From contig NC_135769.1 in assembly GCF_052425735.1 (NCBI RefSeq), positions 20,150,001 to 20,214,000 of the forward strand: 64,000 bases of DNA, read 5' to 3'. This DNA is from Oculina patagonica (lineage: Eukaryota). Position 1 is the first letter of the stretch. The number at the start of each line of letters is the position of its first letter. Below the pieces are notes generated by a model. It was not told where the DNA came from, did no database searches, and saw only the letters and a list, made by a program, of their open reading frames with translations. Both the position numbers and the translations under genes were made by a program. This document shows positions 60,630-64,000 of this stretch, piece by piece.

Positions 60630-61680
60630 TAGATTACTTCATAGAAAGTGCGCCGTACGGATTTATATTCACGAGTTGCAAAATTTTGGGAAACGAACGA
60701 GTGAGCGTAGCGAACGAGTGAGTTTTCCAAAGTTTTGCAACGAGTGAATAAAAATCCGTACAAAGCACTTTCTATGCTGTAATTTGTTTATTATATATAT
60801 AACGAGAATTCCACCATTGAGCACTTTACGCCGATTTTTCCAGTTTATAACCTTTAGCATACAACAGTTAAACGGCGCGAGAAAACAAAGCTGCAAATGC
60901 ACATAGCTTTACAAGCGAATTCGCTATTTCAATAATATGAAAGAAAAATTACTGGCGACAAACTCTCCTAGCAAGAACTTTATTTAGATAAACACACTGC
61001 GTTACATTTATAAACTTCGTATCGCATCGAGGAAACTTCGCCACAAGCGAATAAACTACTGGCGAATCAACTGGCGAATTTTGAACAAATTGTGACAACA
61101 CAAGGAGTCGGTTAATTAAACTATAATTGCGACGTAAATCTAATTAAAAAATACAATTTACTTTACCAAGACGATCCCAAGAGTTCCTGAATACTCTTAG
61201 AAAGTCCTTGGATGTGTTGTAAGTTCCGATGAAAGTCTTGTCTTCAACTCGCTTTCACTTATCGACACTTCGCCTTCGCCTGTCTTCACTTCGCCTTTGA
61301 AGAGTGATTTTTATCACTGCTGTATTCTTTAGGTTTTGCTTAGCGTGTTTCTGTTGGCTTGCATTTCCATTAAGTTCTTAAAAGGCAAAGTTTTGTAAAG
61401 AAACAAAACATGTAGCTATGTTTTCAAAGCATAAACTGCCGTCGAGAGCAAACTTGCCGCTCGCTTTCTCAACCTCGTTGGAAACCATTTAAATTCTCGC
61501 GCTGTGATTGGTTTAGTCGTACTAGTCTAGATGCTGATTGGTTATATTTTTCACATGTGAAGAAAGCTATACGCGAAGCTGATTGGACGTATCGCTTTTT
61601 TCACATGTGAAAATATAGCAAATATAGAATTCTATTTGCAAGGTTTATTGCTTAAAATTCTCGCTATATATATAATAAAA
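60630..61680 (-). mobile_element. Crypton-like hairpin element (opposite orientation)
   Basis: Long hairpin at about 60639-60777, then IR TTTATTATATATATAACGAGAATT (60787) / AATTCTCGCTATATATATAATAAA (about 61657-61680); weak minus-strand remnant EMQANRNTLSKT. Confidence 0.55.
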
Positions 61681-61815
61681 AATGCTATTTAATTATACCT
61701 ATGTTATGTTATCTATATTTTTAGCTATTTTAGAAAAAATCCGTAAAATGCTTTCTGTTTACAACTTTTATATATAATTAGGTGAAAACGTATTTTCGAT
61801 CAATCTCCCAAAGCC

Positions 61816-61885
61816 TAGCCTGCAAATACAGCCGCCTCTCATTCACGTCCCGCAACGAAGAGCGAAACGCGTTTCGCTCTTTCTA
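61816..61885. mobile_element. 70-bp TAG...CTA mini-element with perfect 9-bp TSD
   Basis: TSD CCCAAAGCC at 61807-61815 and 61886-61894; internal palindrome AAGAGCGAAACGCGTTTCGCTCTT; empty site near 8143. Confidence 0.8.
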
Positions 61886-62879
61886 CCCAAAGCCTTTTGA
61901 TTTTCATTTCGAAGTTCTATTATAAAGATAATTTTACTTATCAAAATATAACAAATTTATCTCCTGTTTAATAATTAAATCGTTTTCATTAAGTCTTTAT
62001 TTTGTCAGTGAGGTGCAAATGGTCTTATTAGAATCTTCGTCAATTCTCATTTAATTTTATTTTACTCCATTCTCATAATGTCCTTCAAAAAACCTGGGCT
62101 TTTACGCCTTTTTCAACAAAGAGCACAAATCACTTCTGAGCAAATAACGAATTTCGGGCGACAAGAACCAACGAGGGAAAGAACGTGCCTTGAATTTTAA
62201 ATGTCTATTCCTCGGTGTACAATTATCACCTTCATCACGTAATAATTTAACAAACTGCAACGAAGAGCTAAGAATGTTTGTTTTTATTAAACAATTTCAA
62301 TGACAATTCTAAGTGCTTTCCAAAGAAACAAGTTGAGTCTATCGATAGCATCTGGCTTCACGTGACGTTTTTAACTTTCCACTGGCTACATTTTAACTTC
62401 AGTTTTTATTCATTTATTACATGTTTCCCTCTCTTAATCCTCAAACGTTCGGGAGGGTTTAACCTCGTTTGACCGACGTTTCTAAGTTTACCAGCCATTA
62501 ACATATATATAAAAACCTTTTCTGATAACTCCCTCGATTGTTTAATAAAACTGAGAATGACGCAAGCAGTCTGGGTTATGACAGTTTTGAAGTGCTCCTG
62601 GTATTATTTTTTAATTTAATTCATTTTTTTCCGTTCTCTAGTTTCGTTTTTTTCGATTCCCTGACAAAGAGCGTGATTTTTTTCCTTGGCGAACATCCAG
62701 AATACTGCAATACTTTACTGACTTCGTTAACTGAGGATCATCGCTTTAGTAGGTAGAAAAATCATTTTTACCAAGTACTTCCTGGCGCCCTATAAGGGAA
62801 CCATCTTAGCTTCAGCTTCCTAAGTAAATTTATATGACAAGCACTTGCTGCCTGAAAGAAACCTGATTGAGTCGATATC

Positions 62880-63817
62880 ATGAATAAGTCATCTTGTAAA
62901 TTGATGCTGCAGTACTACCCCGAAATCTCCGATGTTGAAGACCTTCATTCAACTTACATTGCTAATTGTGTCTTTAACAATTTGTTATCCTATGTCGCCA
63001 TCATGTTGAACATTGTAACAATCCATGTTATAAGAAAAACTTCGTCGTTGCCGAAAACTTTAAAAACATTGCTCCTGAGTCTTGTTGTTTTTGATGTTGG
63101 TGTTGGTTTATTGGTTCAGCCATTTTACACCTCACTTCTGATCACGTGGTTAGAACAAAGCCTTCCCAGCTGTAGCATCTATAAGGTTTTCTTCGTCATT
63201 GGGCTGTTCTTTAGTTTAGCTTCGTTCTTTGGTGTTGTGGCTGTAAGTGTAGACAGGTTTTAAGCTATTCATCTTCATCTCAGATGTCAGGAACGTGTGA
63301 CTCACAAGCGTGTTGTTGCTGTGGTGATCTCAATATGGGCGTTAAGTGGATTGTATTCTTCGATCCCGTTGTGGGTACCGTCCAACATTCGCTCGGTATT
63401 AGTTTCCATTGGCACTGTTCTTGGTCTTCCTTTTACAACGAATTAACAGTGGCTTATTTCAGAATTTATTTGGTCGTAAGACGGCACAGGAATCAGATTC
63501 AGGTCCTGCGAGTGGCACAGAATGGCGAAATGGCAAATTTTGCTGGCCTCATAAAATCTGCAGTCTGTACGTTTTACGTATATCTCGTGTATTTGGTTTG
63601 TTATTTGCCTACTATTATCTATTGGGCATGCGCAGCCCTTGCAAACTACGAACCAAGTATCGCTTTGAAGAGAGTTTTGCTTTTCTCGTTGACTGGTGTA
63701 TGTCTTAATTCGTCTCTGGACCCTGTAATTTACTGTTGGAAGATGAGACACATTCGGCACGCAATTATGGACATACTGCGGAACATTTCTTGGCTCAGAA
63801 ATCGCGCATCACATTAA
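62880..63817 (+). pseudogene. G13: type B GPCR pseudogene
   Basis: Premature TAA right after SVDRF (63261-63263), further indels and NP>DP in TM7; the C-terminus RASH* is still present. Confidence 0.88.
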
Positions 63818-64000
63818 TTGGAGGGCAGGCCATGTTGCGCGAGGATTCCGACCATATTTTCAGTGTTATAATTGTTGACAAACGCCTTCTCAGTAGTATA
63901 GTAGGTACCGGTTACTCCCTTTTTTGCGGAGGAATCTTAATTGAGGAGGAATAAATAAAGTTGGTGACGTCATTGTCTAATGGCGATAAGTGTAGACAGG

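Overview
Eukaryotic, AT-rich animal DNA; a cnidarian, probably a stony coral, is inferred from the receptor family and repeat landscape and cannot be proven from the sequence alone. The window is a tandem array of single-ORF (intronless CDS) class A GPCRs of about 310 aa, with the motifs LSLAVSD in TM2, SVDRF in TM3, CYLP in TM6 and NPVIY in TM7. It holds 9 open reading frames (one with in-frame deletions), 4 disrupted pseudogenes, several orphan heads and tails, and probably one more copy inside the 500-N gap. Copies are labelled G1-G13 left to right. G1-G6 form three A+B pairs on +, G7-G9 lie in an inverted block on -, and G10-G13 return to +. The cytoplasmic-face coding blocks are almost identical in DNA across all copies, while the extracellular and pocket segments diverge and appear swapped between copies (mosaic genes). 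The array is heavily invaded by mobile DNA: RTE and CR1/L2 LINEs (nested), an AcademX-like DNA transposon, an inverted Penelope-like element carrying minimal hammerhead ribozyme motifs, Crypton-like hairpin elements and many MITEs. Paralogous empty sites inside the window confirm many of these insertion boundaries.
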